Origin: an uncultured bacterium
Lineage (GTDB): Bacteria > Fermentibacterota > Fermentibacteria > Fermentibacterales > JCC-6
Assembly (NCBI GenBank): GCA_964426545.1
Contig: CAYRQP010000005.1
Coordinates: forward strand, 31,315-95,314
Direction: 5' to 3'
Length of the DNA: 64,000 nucleotides
Positions 39,799 through 49,578 of the stretch are shown piece after piece. A model generated the notes under the pieces. It saw nothing but the letters and a program-made list of their open reading frames with translations. It did no database searches and was not told the origin of the DNA. Each line of letters begins with the position of its first letter. Positions within the stretch are counted from its first letter, which is position 1. Position numbers and translations under genes: made by a program.

Positions 39799-40008
39799 GG
39801 TAGGTGCTTATGGGGGACACACCTCTTTGAAGGCAGGAACTCCTTCGGCAGAGGAATGTCCCCAAATAGGACAAGAACATATAACGGCAGGTGCTAATAG
39901 GGGACACACCTCTTTGAAGGCAGGAACTCCTTCGGCAGAGGAATGTCCCCGGGTAGCGCAAAGCAAAAAGACCACAGTTGCAACGGGACACGAAGAAATC
40001 ATGTCCCT
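39799..40008. repeat. REP-like repeat cluster (two 65-bp family A units, one family B unit)
   Basis: Units 39799-39863 and 39886-39950 (period 87), each folding GGGGACA..CCTCT..GAAGG..CCTTC..AGAGG..TGTCCCC; family B copy at 39980-40008. Confidence 0.85.
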
Positions 40009-40050
40009 GTATTTTTATATATTTGGTATAACATTTTAAGGAAGGTGGAT

Positions 40051-41535
40051 ATGGAATTCAGTGATGATCTACGGAAGATACTGTCCGGGAACATAGACAG
40101 GTTAGTCAGAGCGGGTGCGGAATATGTCGACGCACGGTACTTTGCGGACGACAGCTCAGAATATCTTGTTCTGTATGATGGAGACCTGGAGGCCAATGAT
40201 ACGGGATTTCAGAGTGGACTCGGGGTGCGTGTGCTTTTCGGAGGTGCCTGGGGCTTTGCTGCGAGCAGTGATATGAGCAATGCTGTTGAATGTTTCGACA
40301 TGGCTCTTCAGAATGCACGAACCGCAGCAAAACTTGTTAAAGTACCTTTGTCCATGGGCAGGATAGATAGAATAGTCGGTAAATATTCTTCACCTGTCGA
40401 AGTCGACCCATTCGAGATGCCCCTCGAAGACAAACTCGATTTTCTGATTGGAATAGATAAGACACTTGCTGAAGACTGGATACTTCGGAGAATGGTATTT
40501 GCAAACCTGCAACGGAAGAGAATACTGTTCATGAACAGCGATGGTTCTGATATTGAGAAGGAGTTCCTGAATGTATTCGGTTCAATGGCCGTAATGGCAA
40601 TGGACAGTGACGGAGAAATGCAGCGGAGGAGCATGAGTCTTTTCTCTACGGGGGACGGTACCCGTGGCTGGGAGATGATTCTGCAGCCGGAACTGTATTC
40701 GGGACACAGCGACAGGATAAAGAGTGAGTTGTCCGGACTTCTATCCGCTGACACCTTGGAGTACGGGAAACGGTCAGTAATCCTACTCCCCGGACAGGGG
40801 CATCTGCAGGTGCACGAGACCATTGGTCATCCACTCGAACTCGACAGAATACTTGGTTATGAACTTTCTTATGCAGGAGGTTCTTTCGTAGGATTGGATG
40901 ATTTCGGGAAACTGCAGTACGGGACAGACAAACTCAATGTGAGTGCCTATGGCGAAATTGCCAATTCACCGGGCACATTTGGTTATGACGATGACGGAAT
41001 GCCTGAGCGGGATTATATGCTCATAGAGAACGGCATACTTGTAGATGCCATAACATCGAGGGCTATGATAAAAGAAGCGAATGAGAAGGCTGGTAGATCT
41101 GTGTTTGCCGAGTCAGGCGGTTCAGCAAGGGCAACTGCGTTCTACAGGAGCCCAATCGACAGGATGACGAATGTGAATATTCTGCCAGGAGATGATGGAA
41201 ATCTCGATGACATCATTGCTACTACGGAAGATGGAATCATCGTCGATAATCCGGTTTCGTGGTCAATTGGATCTAACAGGGAACATTTTCACTTCGGATG
41301 CGAGATAGCATGGGAGATCAGGAAAGGGAAGAAGACTCGAATATTGCGGAATCCTACATATCAGGGACATACTCTCGAATTCTACAACTCACTTTCAGCT
41401 GTAGGCAACCGGTCGACGTGGCGTGTCGAACAGGTCGCTAACTGCGGCAAGGGTGAACCGAATCAGATAATGCAGATTGGTCATGGGGTACCGATTATCC
41501 GTTTCGATTCAGTTATTTCAGGGGAGAGGAGCTGA
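40051..41535 (+). CDS. tldD: TldD-family metalloprotease
   Basis: GLGVRVLFGGAWGFA, HETIGHPLELDR (HExxGH), YDDDG, RMTNVNI, CGKGEPNQ; ATG 40051. Confidence 0.92.
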   Translation: MEFSDDLRKILSGNIDRLVRAGAEYVDARYFADDSSEYLVLYDGDLEANDTGFQSGLGVRVLFGGAWGFAASSDMSNAVECFDMALQNARTAAKLVKVPLSMGRIDRIVGKYSSPVEVDPFEMPLEDKLDFLIGIDKTLAEDWILRRMVFANLQRKRILFMNSDGSDIEKEFLNVFGSMAVMAMDSDGEMQRRSMSLFSTGDGTRGWEMILQPELYSGHSDRIKSELSGLLSADTLEYGKRSVILLPGQGHLQVHETIGHPLELDRILGYELSYAGGSFVGLDDFGKLQYGTDKLNVSAYGEIANSPGTFGYDDDGMPERDYMLIENGILVDAITSRAMIKEANEKAGRSVFAESGGSARATAFYRSPIDRMTNVNILPGDDGNLDDIIATTEDGIIVDNPVSWSIGSNREHFHFGCEIAWEIRKGKKTRILRNPTYQGHTLEFYNSLSAVGNRSTWRVEQVANCGKGEPNQIMQIGHGVPIIRFDSVISGERS

Positions 41536-41536
41536 T

Positions 41537-42910
41537 ATGATAGATGAAAGACTGAGAGGAATCCTTCGGAGAGTCCGCAACGAAGCAGAAACCAGAGGCA
41601 TAACCGCGTCGTTTGGACTACATCATGAGATAAGCCATTTAATGAGAATTGGCAATAATTCAGTATCTCTCAATACGAGCGAACAGCTTACCCGACTGGA
41701 TATAGAAGTCACAAACGGCCGCAGAAAAGGGAGTCATACACATCTCGGGTCAATCGAAGATGATAATATAGTTCTCGATGCACTCGATATTGCCGTAAAC
41801 AAAGCAAAGGTATCGAAACCACTGAATTATGACCCGATTCCTGGCCTGGTCGAAGAAACAGTAGAAGAGTCGGACCAGTACGACACGGCATTGGCTGAGT
41901 TGGATCCCGCGTTCAAGGCTGGTGCTTATGGAAGGATATTCGAAGAGGTCGGACCAGACTATAACTACTCGGGCTCGTGGTCGAGCGGTGTAATGGAGAA
42001 ATTCACTATAACCACCGGGACTAACAATGAATTCTACCATAAAAGTACTGACCAGCAGTTTACAATTGTTCTGAAGGATTCTGTCAATAAATGGGAACTT
42101 TCAGATGTTCAGACAGGCTGGAAACTGAATCAGTTCTCTGCTGATGTAACTATCGATAAATTCAGGAAGCTGCTTCCGGTTTATACTGAAAATGAAGGGT
42201 TCAAAGTGGAATCCGGAGATTACACTGTGATATTCGGTGCCGAAGCAGTCGCGGATATTGTGAGAATGGCTTTATGGACCGGATTCAGCGGCAGGGGCTG
42301 GGAGGAAAAAAGAGCATGGACAGCCGGGGCTGTTATTGGTGATAAGATACTCGGAGAGAATATCACAATTCTCGATGACCCGGAGAATCCGCTTACATTC
42401 ATGTTCGGGGCTGATGCAGCAGGTGTCAGGCGCAGGGAATTCATAGTAGTGGAAGACGGAGTGTTCCGAAATCTGATGTACGATGCATCCACAGCAGGAA
42501 AATACGGGAAGAGACCTACTGGCCATGATATCGGTTCTCCGGGAGTCTGTATGAAATGCGGCAATGGAGCTGAAAATCCCCTCGAAGCAGTCGACGGAAA
42601 AGGGCGTGTTCTTTTTATTCCCGCACTTCACTATGTGAATATCCCCAGTATGACGAAGGGTATCTTTACGGGAAGTTCGAGGTTCAACGCTCTTCTCATC
42701 GAGGATGGGAAAATTGTTTCACCGATATTTTCATCGAGAGTAACCGACAGTTTCGAGAACGTACTCGGAAATATCAGTGTTATTTCAGGCGTTCCGGAAT
42801 CAGTGAATGGTTCTAACACCTACGGGAGGAGAAGCCCGAGAGCTTCGGCTGTACCTTCCTACATCGTTGTTGAAAAGGTGAAAATTACTGACTCTGCGGA
42901 TTCATTCTAA
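41537..42910 (+). CDS. TldE/PmbA-family partner subunit
   Basis: Follows tldD; lacks HExxH; TILDDP..DAAGV..VEDGV, TGSSRF; ATG 41537. Confidence 0.85.
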   Translation: MIDERLRGILRRVRNEAETRGITASFGLHHEISHLMRIGNNSVSLNTSEQLTRLDIEVTNGRRKGSHTHLGSIEDDNIVLDALDIAVNKAKVSKPLNYDPIPGLVEETVEESDQYDTALAELDPAFKAGAYGRIFEEVGPDYNYSGSWSSGVMEKFTITTGTNNEFYHKSTDQQFTIVLKDSVNKWELSDVQTGWKLNQFSADVTIDKFRKLLPVYTENEGFKVESGDYTVIFGAEAVADIVRMALWTGFSGRGWEEKRAWTAGAVIGDKILGENITILDDPENPLTFMFGADAAGVRRREFIVVEDGVFRNLMYDASTAGKYGKRPTGHDIGSPGVCMKCGNGAENPLEAVDGKGRVLFIPALHYVNIPSMTKGIFTGSSRFNALLIEDGKIVSPIFSSRVTDSFENVLGNISVISGVPESVNGSNTYGRRSPRASAVPSYIVVEKVKITDSADSF

Positions 42911-42938
42911 CGGCAGGTGGATTCAAGCTTGAGGATAT

Positions 42939-44381
42939 ATGGATAAATCGACTCGTTTAGTTATTCCGTATGTTCTTTTGTTTTTGTTTCTTACCTTATA
43001 TGTTGCATGGGCTGCATTTCCGGCATTTTCAAATTTCTACGTAGCCGTGGACGATCTCATCTTTGTTGGGAATGCCCTGCAGTGTGATTCCCCTGCGGAT
43101 ATCTTCTCTGTCTCTTCGGGGGTTCAGTATTTCTTCCGACCCACCGTCAATATCTGGTTCTTTGCTGTGTCCCGCCTTGCCGGCTCTGCGCCGCTCGGGT
43201 ATTACATCGCAAATGCCCTGCTTTTTATTCTCAATTCACTTGTATTCAGTCTCATTGCCGGGAAACTGCTGAAGAACCGTTGGCTGGGAGTCTATGCAGC
43301 AGCAGTGGCATCTGTTCTTTATGTTTATCACGGAGTTCTTTACTGGATTGCTGGAGCAACAAGTCTTGTTGCAGCATTCTTCTATCTGCTTACATTTTTG
43401 CTTTGGATAAAAGCAGGAGAATCGGACAGGCGCGAGTGGATCGTTGCTTCAGCGGTTGCCTTTGTATTTGGACTTGGGGCAAAAGAATCGCTGGTTACGG
43501 TTCCACTGATTTTAGCTGCTTATGAGTATATCTATCATTCAGGGAGCAGGAGAAGGTGGAAGACGGTTGGTGTATTTGCCGGTATTTCGGTCATTTATGC
43601 AATAGTGATGTTCCTGATTCAGCTTGGAGCACCCGCGGATGCGGGAAACCTGCGAAATTACTATCTTGGATGGATTACACTGACAAATCTCGTGACGATG
43701 CCGGTCTATCTTCTCTCCGCACCCTTTCCGCCTGTAGCCGGTTATCTTGTTAAATGGAAAGTTGCTGTCTGGATTCCGATATGGCTTGCGTTCTTGTTTG
43801 TGAAGAAGGAAAAGGAGAATGTCCTTTTTGGCCTTACATGGATGATATTTGCATCACTGCCGTTCATTTTCTGGTGCGTGAATATCTGGGAAAGCATACC
43901 GAGATATTTCTATATCCCGGCATTCGGCATCGGGATTATTGTTGCTGCTGTCTTTCGGGCACTCAGCCGGCAGTTTACCAAACGCTGGATTCTGTGGTTC
44001 TTTGCCGTATGTTTTCTTTTTGCGCTGGCTCATAATAACGGCAGGGCTATTCGATATCTGTCACCGAAATACACATCACCTGCACAGGATGAAGAACAGC
44101 TGGTTCGGACAATTCGAAGGTACTGGGTTCCCGGTATCCCGCTTCATTCCGGCTTCTTCGCGATGGACAGTTTTCATGTGAATGCGCTCAACAACATTTA
44201 CTTCAATGGAGACCTTACCTACAGCGATACAATTCCTGCATTTTCCGATTCGGAAACAAGGATAATATATGGCCCGCTCGACGGACCAAAGAGGTTTGAA
44301 ATGGATGCTGTACCGTATATCTACTGGAGACAGGAATACTATCCGATTGTAGATGAAGAGGACAATCTATCAGCTGAATGA
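42939..44381 (+). CDS. Multi-pass membrane protein, GT-C glycosyltransferase-like
   Basis: VAVDDLIFV, FFRPTVN..GYYIANALL, GAKESLVTVP, RYFYIPAFG; about 11 TM. Confidence 0.7.
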   Translation: MDKSTRLVIPYVLLFLFLTLYVAWAAFPAFSNFYVAVDDLIFVGNALQCDSPADIFSVSSGVQYFFRPTVNIWFFAVSRLAGSAPLGYYIANALLFILNSLVFSLIAGKLLKNRWLGVYAAAVASVLYVYHGVLYWIAGATSLVAAFFYLLTFLLWIKAGESDRREWIVASAVAFVFGLGAKESLVTVPLILAAYEYIYHSGSRRRWKTVGVFAGISVIYAIVMFLIQLGAPADAGNLRNYYLGWITLTNLVTMPVYLLSAPFPPVAGYLVKWKVAVWIPIWLAFLFVKKEKENVLFGLTWMIFASLPFIFWCVNIWESIPRYFYIPAFGIGIIVAAVFRALSRQFTKRWILWFFAVCFLFALAHNNGRAIRYLSPKYTSPAQDEEQLVRTIRRYWVPGIPLHSGFFAMDSFHVNALNNIYFNGDLTYSDTIPAFSDSETRIIYGPLDGPKRFEMDAVPYIYWRQEYYPIVDEEDNLSAE

Positions 44382-44420
44382 TCCACCCCGGTGTAGCAGA
44401 CACTCGTTGAAATATGCGGG

Positions 44421-45842
44421 TTAGTCGCCTTTTCCCAAGAAACCGCGGAGTACTTGTCCTGCTTTTTTCGAAGCGGGTCCGGGATCATCGAGGAGTTCTT
44501 CCACCCAGCGTCTGACATTCGTGAAACTAGTGACTTTCCTGAAACTTCTGTATCTTTCCATCCTGTGTTTCCAGGAGATTACTTCGTCCAGTGTGAGATT
44601 AGGAAGGCGCATATTCATCATTTCGTGCGCCCTGTTTCTTGCGGGGTCTAGCAGTTCAGGATTTGTGTCATTCTTCAGGTATCCGTTTTCGGCAGCCCAG
44701 TCGTAAATATATCTCCCGGGTATCGCTGTCGAGAAATAGACTATGATATCATCAGGTTTGATTTTCTTGAGGAGGTCATAGGTTGCCTTCAGGTCTTCAT
44801 CCGTTTCAAGCGGGAAACCTATCATGAGATTTGCAGTCGCCTCCACATCGAACTCGTGACACCATTCGAAAGCTTTGACGGCCTGTTCGGGGGTTGTTCC
44901 CTTCTTATAGAAGTCGAGGACCTTCTGGCTGCCGCTCTCCACTCCGAATGAGATGCAGTGGCATCCGCTCTCCTTCATTACACGCACCTTATCGCGGGTA
45001 ACGGTATCCACCCGGCTGTTGCAGTGCCATTCGAGATTGATGTTCTTCTCATTGAGTCTGTCGCGAAATTCTGCGAACCATGAGACAGGATGCATGGTGA
45101 TTGTATCGTCCTTGAAGAATATTCGCAGACAGTCCCGGGCATTTCGAAGTTCAGCAAGTTCATCTATTTCATTTACCACACTTTCAGTACTGCGGTATCT
45201 GATTCCCCCCCCGAAGATATGGTCGGTGCTGGGTTTGCAGTATATACATTTAAAGGGACACCCCCGGGTTGTTACCATGCCATATTCAGCCATCCCGTTC
45301 TTGAGGTAGGCATCGTAGTCCACTGTATCCCGGGCGGGAAAGGGAATGGAATCCAGGTCTTTCGTGACAGACCGCCTGGGATTATCCGTGAATGTTCCGT
45401 CATTGTTCTTATATACGAGATTCCTGACATTTCTGTATTCGGTTTCACTCTCGAGTGCATCTGCAAGTTCGACTATAGATTCTTCCGCTTCACCGAGAAG
45501 AACGGCATCGATATTCATGTCATCGATTGTCTTATGTGGAAAAATACTTGGATATGCACCGCCTGCCAGGTAGAATGCATCCGGGTTCACTTTCTTTATA
45601 TGCTGTCCCACCATTATGGCGCGTTCCAGTTTGGCAGCTGCGGATACTGCGATACAAACCATCTTTGTATTTCCGATCAGATGATCGAGTTCATCGATTG
45701 AACTGCAGAAGGAATAATCCACATAGACAGGTTCGTGTCCTGCAAGTTTGAGGGCACTTACGAGGTGCAGAAGTCCGAGGGGTTCTGCCAATCCGTTGTA
45801 TTCGAACCAGTCGAATCGGGGATATACCAGCGCAATCTTCAC
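44421..45842 (-). CDS. B12-binding domain radical SAM protein
   Basis: EPLGLL, GGAYPS, GEAEES, TTRGCPFKCIYC, FKDDT, FGVESGSQ. Confidence 0.92.
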   Translation of the reverse strand: MKIALVYPRFDWFEYNGLAEPLGLLHLVSALKLAGHEPVYVDYSFCSSIDELDHLIGNTKMVCIAVSAAAKLERAIMVGQHIKKVNPDAFYLAGGAYPSIFPHKTIDDMNIDAVLLGEAEESIVELADALESETEYRNVRNLVYKNNDGTFTDNPRRSVTKDLDSIPFPARDTVDYDAYLKNGMAEYGMVTTRGCPFKCIYCKPSTDHIFGGGIRYRSTESVVNEIDELAELRNARDCLRIFFKDDTITMHPVSWFAEFRDRLNEKNINLEWHCNSRVDTVTRDKVRVMKESGCHCISFGVESGSQKVLDFYKKGTTPEQAVKAFEWCHEFDVEATANLMIGFPLETDEDLKATYDLLKKIKPDDIIVYFSTAIPGRYIYDWAAENGYLKNDTNPELLDPARNRAHEMMNMRLPNLTLDEVISWKHRMERYRSFRKVTSFTNVRRWVEELLDDPGPASKKAGQVLRGFLGKGD

Positions 45843-45852
45843 ATTATTCCTT

Positions 45853-47781
45853 TCAGCTGTTTCGGGAGATGTACTCTTCTATTCTTGCAGCAATCTGCCC
45901 GGGAAGCAAACCCTGAATCCGGTAAAGGTCGATAGGTTCCCCGGAAATTCCGTATTCGTTGACTCCCGCTCTCAGCAACACGGGTGTATCATTTTGTGAA
46001 GCGAGAGCCAGAGCAAGGCTGCATCCTAACCCCGTATTTATGTTATGGTCTTCATAGGTGAGAACAAAACTGAAGTCTTGCAGTTCCCGGACCAATTCAT
46101 CCGGGATGCAGGTCGGGCAACCTACGTTATATACAGCTGCTGAAATACCCTTCTGAACAAGAATCTCATTGATTTCGATTGCCCCCGACAACATGTTACC
46201 AAAAGCAAGCACTGCAGTGTCGGTCCCCTGCCTTATTCTGTCGAAAGCTCCATATTCGAATTTGTAGTCTTCAGCAAAGTAAGGCTTACCGGCTTCATCT
46301 GTTATTACCGGCAGTTTTGACCTTCCCATGGCGATGAAGAAGTTTCCCGGATGAGTTGCAGCGTACCTGACAGCCCTGTCTGTCTGATTCGGGTCTGCAG
46401 GTACAATGACTTTGGTGTTGGGGAGGGAACCCATCAGATTTAGATAATCTATGCATTGATGCGTCTTCCCGTCCATTCCGACATCGAGACCGCAATGAGT
46501 GGCTATCGTATTGAGATTCGTTTCATTGATATCGTTGATCCTGTGCTGATTGAAGGTTTCATCAGCGGCAAAAACTCCGAAATCAGCCCAGAAAACCACC
46601 TTACCGGCAATCGAAGCGGCTCCGGCGGCCGTGGCAGTGTTATGCTCCATTATGCCGCTCTGGAAGAAATTATCAGGGTACTTCTGTGAAAAATCTTTTG
46701 TTTTTACAGAGCCCGAAAGGTCGCAGTCGAAAACCACAGGGAGATTATCTGAATTGTTCGAAGCGAGACTCAGAAGAGCTTTACCGAAAGCACTTCGATT
46801 GTCACCGAGATACTCTGCAGAATAGGTTTCGGGGGTTCCCGGTATTTCGAGAAGCGTGTTATCGAACTTCAGATTGAAATTGGAAACAGTGTCTTCACGG
46901 CGGAGTTCCATCAATTCAGCAATGTTGTCCTGCTGCCCCAGTTCATCGAGTGCAGTTGCTGCTTCTGCAGGGGAGAGAGCTTTTCCATGATACTGATGAT
47001 CATTCTCCATGAATGAGACCCCTTTGCCCATTACAGTTCTCGCGATTACGAGTTTTGGAGCTTCAGGAAGTTCATCCGGTTTTAAAACACTGTACAGTTC
47101 CTGAATATCGTGCCCATCAACTTCTGTGACATCCCAACCATCTGCCAGGTACTCTGCAGCAATGTCTGTGTACATTACTCTGTCTGTTCTGCCCGAAATC
47201 TGAAGACCGTTGCAATCGACAACCACAGTGATGTTGTTGAGAGAGTTAGCTTTTATAAATCTCCGGGCTTCTGCAATCTGTCCTTTCTGATGTTCACCGT
47301 CGCCGGTGACGACCCAGACATGGTTTTTTGTACCGTTCAGTCTGTCGGCAAGTGCCATTCCGGCCGCTGCCGAGACTCCCTGTCCGAGATTGCCGGTTGT
47401 AAGTTCAATTCCGGGAACTGAGCGTTCTATATGTCCTTCGAAGGGACTTCCTGCTTTTCTGAATGTGGAAACTGCATCTTCAAGGTTGAAAAATCCGAGT
47501 CCGCCGAGAGTAGCATAAACCCCCGGTGATGTGTGTCCGTGGCTGACGATAATTCTGTCGCGGTCGTGCATGAAGGGATCCGCAGGATTGGCATTTGCCT
47601 GTGAGAAGAGAATTGCGAAGATCTCCAGCGATGACATCGAACCGCCCGGGTGTCCGCTTCCTGCAAGTGTGGTCATGCGAATGATATTTCCGCGGGCATG
47701 TGTGCAGAATTCCCGAAGATGTTCAAAGGTGTCAGGGGGGAGTTCCAACGGCTTGAAAAGAAAACGCTCGATATCAGACAC
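45853..47781 (-). CDS. tkt: Transketolase
   Basis: GSGHPGGSMS, LSHGH-like VSHGH, GNLGQG, GDGEHQKG (TPP motif), GIMEH, DGKTHQ. Confidence 0.92.
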   Translation of the reverse strand: MSDIERFLFKPLELPPDTFEHLREFCTHARGNIIRMTTLAGSGHPGGSMSSLEIFAILFSQANANPADPFMHDRDRIIVSHGHTSPGVYATLGGLGFFNLEDAVSTFRKAGSPFEGHIERSVPGIELTTGNLGQGVSAAAGMALADRLNGTKNHVWVVTGDGEHQKGQIAEARRFIKANSLNNITVVVDCNGLQISGRTDRVMYTDIAAEYLADGWDVTEVDGHDIQELYSVLKPDELPEAPKLVIARTVMGKGVSFMENDHQYHGKALSPAEAATALDELGQQDNIAELMELRREDTVSNFNLKFDNTLLEIPGTPETYSAEYLGDNRSAFGKALLSLASNNSDNLPVVFDCDLSGSVKTKDFSQKYPDNFFQSGIMEHNTATAAGAASIAGKVVFWADFGVFAADETFNQHRINDINETNLNTIATHCGLDVGMDGKTHQCIDYLNLMGSLPNTKVIVPADPNQTDRAVRYAATHPGNFFIAMGRSKLPVITDEAGKPYFAEDYKFEYGAFDRIRQGTDTAVLAFGNMLSGAIEINEILVQKGISAAVYNVGCPTCIPDELVRELQDFSFVLTYEDHNINTGLGCSLALALASQNDTPVLLRAGVNEYGISGEPIDLYRIQGLLPGQIAARIEEYISRNS

Positions 47782-47795
47782 TTGTATCCCTTCTG

Positions 47796-49481
47796 TTAGT
47801 CTATGAGTTTATCCCTGACAGCCGAGTGTATTCTGTCGGCATCCGTTATGACTGAGTTTAATAATGTTTCTGCTTCTTTCGCTGTTTTTTGTACATAGTC
47901 GTCATCATCTATTTCACGCAGATTGATAAGGACGTTGTAATATGCGCCTACAGCAGATGCACAGGCAGCGGCTGCAGCAACTCCGGCATCAGAAAGGGAA
48001 GCCTGAAGCCCTTTCTCCACCAGGGCATCAGCCATCTCCATGATCTTTGGACAATTTCTGAGGACTCTGAGCGGAACATCGATGGCCTTTCGGATTGCTT
48101 CCTGTTCATTCCCGCCCTGTTTTGCAGTATTCATCCAGTTGTTGAACGCTTCAGTATCATCATCTATGGCGTTCAGCATGTCCTGCATGATAGTCTGAGC
48201 TTCGGGTGCAAGTTCTCTCATCGTTTCCCAGTGTTCTTTGTTCTTTCGACTTTTTACTGTGAGATTCGCGACCATTGCATTCAGTCCGATGCCCAGGGCT
48301 CCTATAAGAGCTGCTGCAGAACCGCCGCCCGGGGCTTTCGAATCAGTCGAAAGTTCTTCTGTGAAAGCACGGCAGGTCATTCCGGATAGATTTACCGGAT
48401 GTTCTTCTATCATATATTCGATTATTTTCTCTTCAGGTATGAATTCCGCAGAGTCACTCAACCCCATAGAACGCGCTGCTATTTCGATGAGTTCCTTTTC
48501 AGGAATGCCGGTCGTCTTTGCTTGCCTGCCGACTTTTGTGAGTCCCGAATTCTGTTTTTCGATGAAGTATTTTCCGGCATCGAGCATGGCCTGCAAGGGA
48601 AGGAGTCCGACAATTTCAGAGCCTGTAACCCTTGTCCCAAGTTTTTCTGCTTCGGTTTTCACAGTTTCAAAACCCACATGCAGGGGGGTGACTGAAATGT
48701 CAGTCAGGTTCATTGTCACCTGTGCGGTATCGTATTCTTCGATATACCAGCCTGTGGCTTTGCAGTTTTGAAGAAGTCCTTCCTGACGAACCTTGTTTCC
48801 ACTTTCATCCCTGACGAACTTCCAGTTGTAATTCCTGGCGAATCTGCCGTTATCCCGGATGGTAAGTCCGATGTCACGGGCTATACCGGGGTCTTTGGTG
48901 TTCAGGTTTACATTGTAGGCAATGAGGAAGTTCCGCGCACCAATTGTACAAACCCCTGTACGGGCAGTGTCATCATTCCATTCATTCGGTCCGAAATCCG
49001 GTTTCCATTCCGGTTTCCCGAGTTTATTGTGAAGTGCTTCGTATTCGCCTTCACGGATTACCGGCAGCTTTTCCCATTCGGGTTTCGAAGCAGCCTTTTC
49101 ATACAGATACACGGGGATGCCCAGTTCTTTCCCTACTCTCTCGCCAAGTTTACGGGCAAGGTCAGCGCACTCTTCCATGGTAATACCCGAAACAGGGACA
49201 AATGGGCAGACATCTGTAGCCCCGTGACGCGGATGTTCACCCGTGTGTTTTCTCATGTCGATGAGTTCTCCGGCTTTAGCAATCAGGTGGAATGCAGCTT
49301 CCACAACTGAATTTGGTTCTCCGGCGATGGTGATTACAGTCCTGTTTGTGGCTGCCCCGGGGTCGACATCGAGGACCTTGCATCCGTCAACTGAATCTGC
49401 AGCGGCAACTACCTGATCAATGATTCTGTTGTCTCGTCCTTCGGAGATATTGGGAACGCATTCAACAACTTTTCCGGGCAT
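47796..49481 (-). CDS. ftcD: Bifunctional glutamate formimidoyltransferase / formiminotetrahydrofolate cyclodeaminase
   Basis: VECVPNISEGR, NRTVIT, HPRHGATDVCPFVP, GARNFLIAYNVNL; cyclodeaminase APGGGSAAA, SDAGVAA, NVLINL. Confidence 0.93.
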   Translation of the reverse strand: MPGKVVECVPNISEGRDNRIIDQVVAAADSVDGCKVLDVDPGAATNRTVITIAGEPNSVVEAAFHLIAKAGELIDMRKHTGEHPRHGATDVCPFVPVSGITMEECADLARKLGERVGKELGIPVYLYEKAASKPEWEKLPVIREGEYEALHNKLGKPEWKPDFGPNEWNDDTARTGVCTIGARNFLIAYNVNLNTKDPGIARDIGLTIRDNGRFARNYNWKFVRDESGNKVRQEGLLQNCKATGWYIEEYDTAQVTMNLTDISVTPLHVGFETVKTEAEKLGTRVTGSEIVGLLPLQAMLDAGKYFIEKQNSGLTKVGRQAKTTGIPEKELIEIAARSMGLSDSAEFIPEEKIIEYMIEEHPVNLSGMTCRAFTEELSTDSKAPGGGSAAALIGALGIGLNAMVANLTVKSRKNKEHWETMRELAPEAQTIMQDMLNAIDDDTEAFNNWMNTAKQGGNEQEAIRKAIDVPLRVLRNCPKIMEMADALVEKGLQASLSDAGVAAAAACASAVGAYYNVLINLREIDDDDYVQKTAKEAETLLNSVITDADRIHSAVRDKLID

Positions 49482-49578
49482 ATTTCCTCCTGTTTTTCGT
49501 AAAATTTCAGCAATTATAATATAGGTTATGGATTTGAGTATATATAAATGTTATGAAACAATTCTGAAAGGTGGTAAA

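Noticed and set aside
39799-39950. CRISPR array
   Set aside because: Only two 65-bp units with one 22-nt spacer; too long and too few, no cas genes; better explained as REP-like repeats
39767-40039. Short ORFs 39767-39991, 39797-40039, 39808-40002 and the upstream extension of tldD
   Set aside because: They are translations of the repeat cluster
40051-45842. RiPP cluster (TldD/E plus B12 radical SAM)
   Set aside because: No precursor peptide or exporter seen; radical SAM is convergent and operonic with tkt/ftcD
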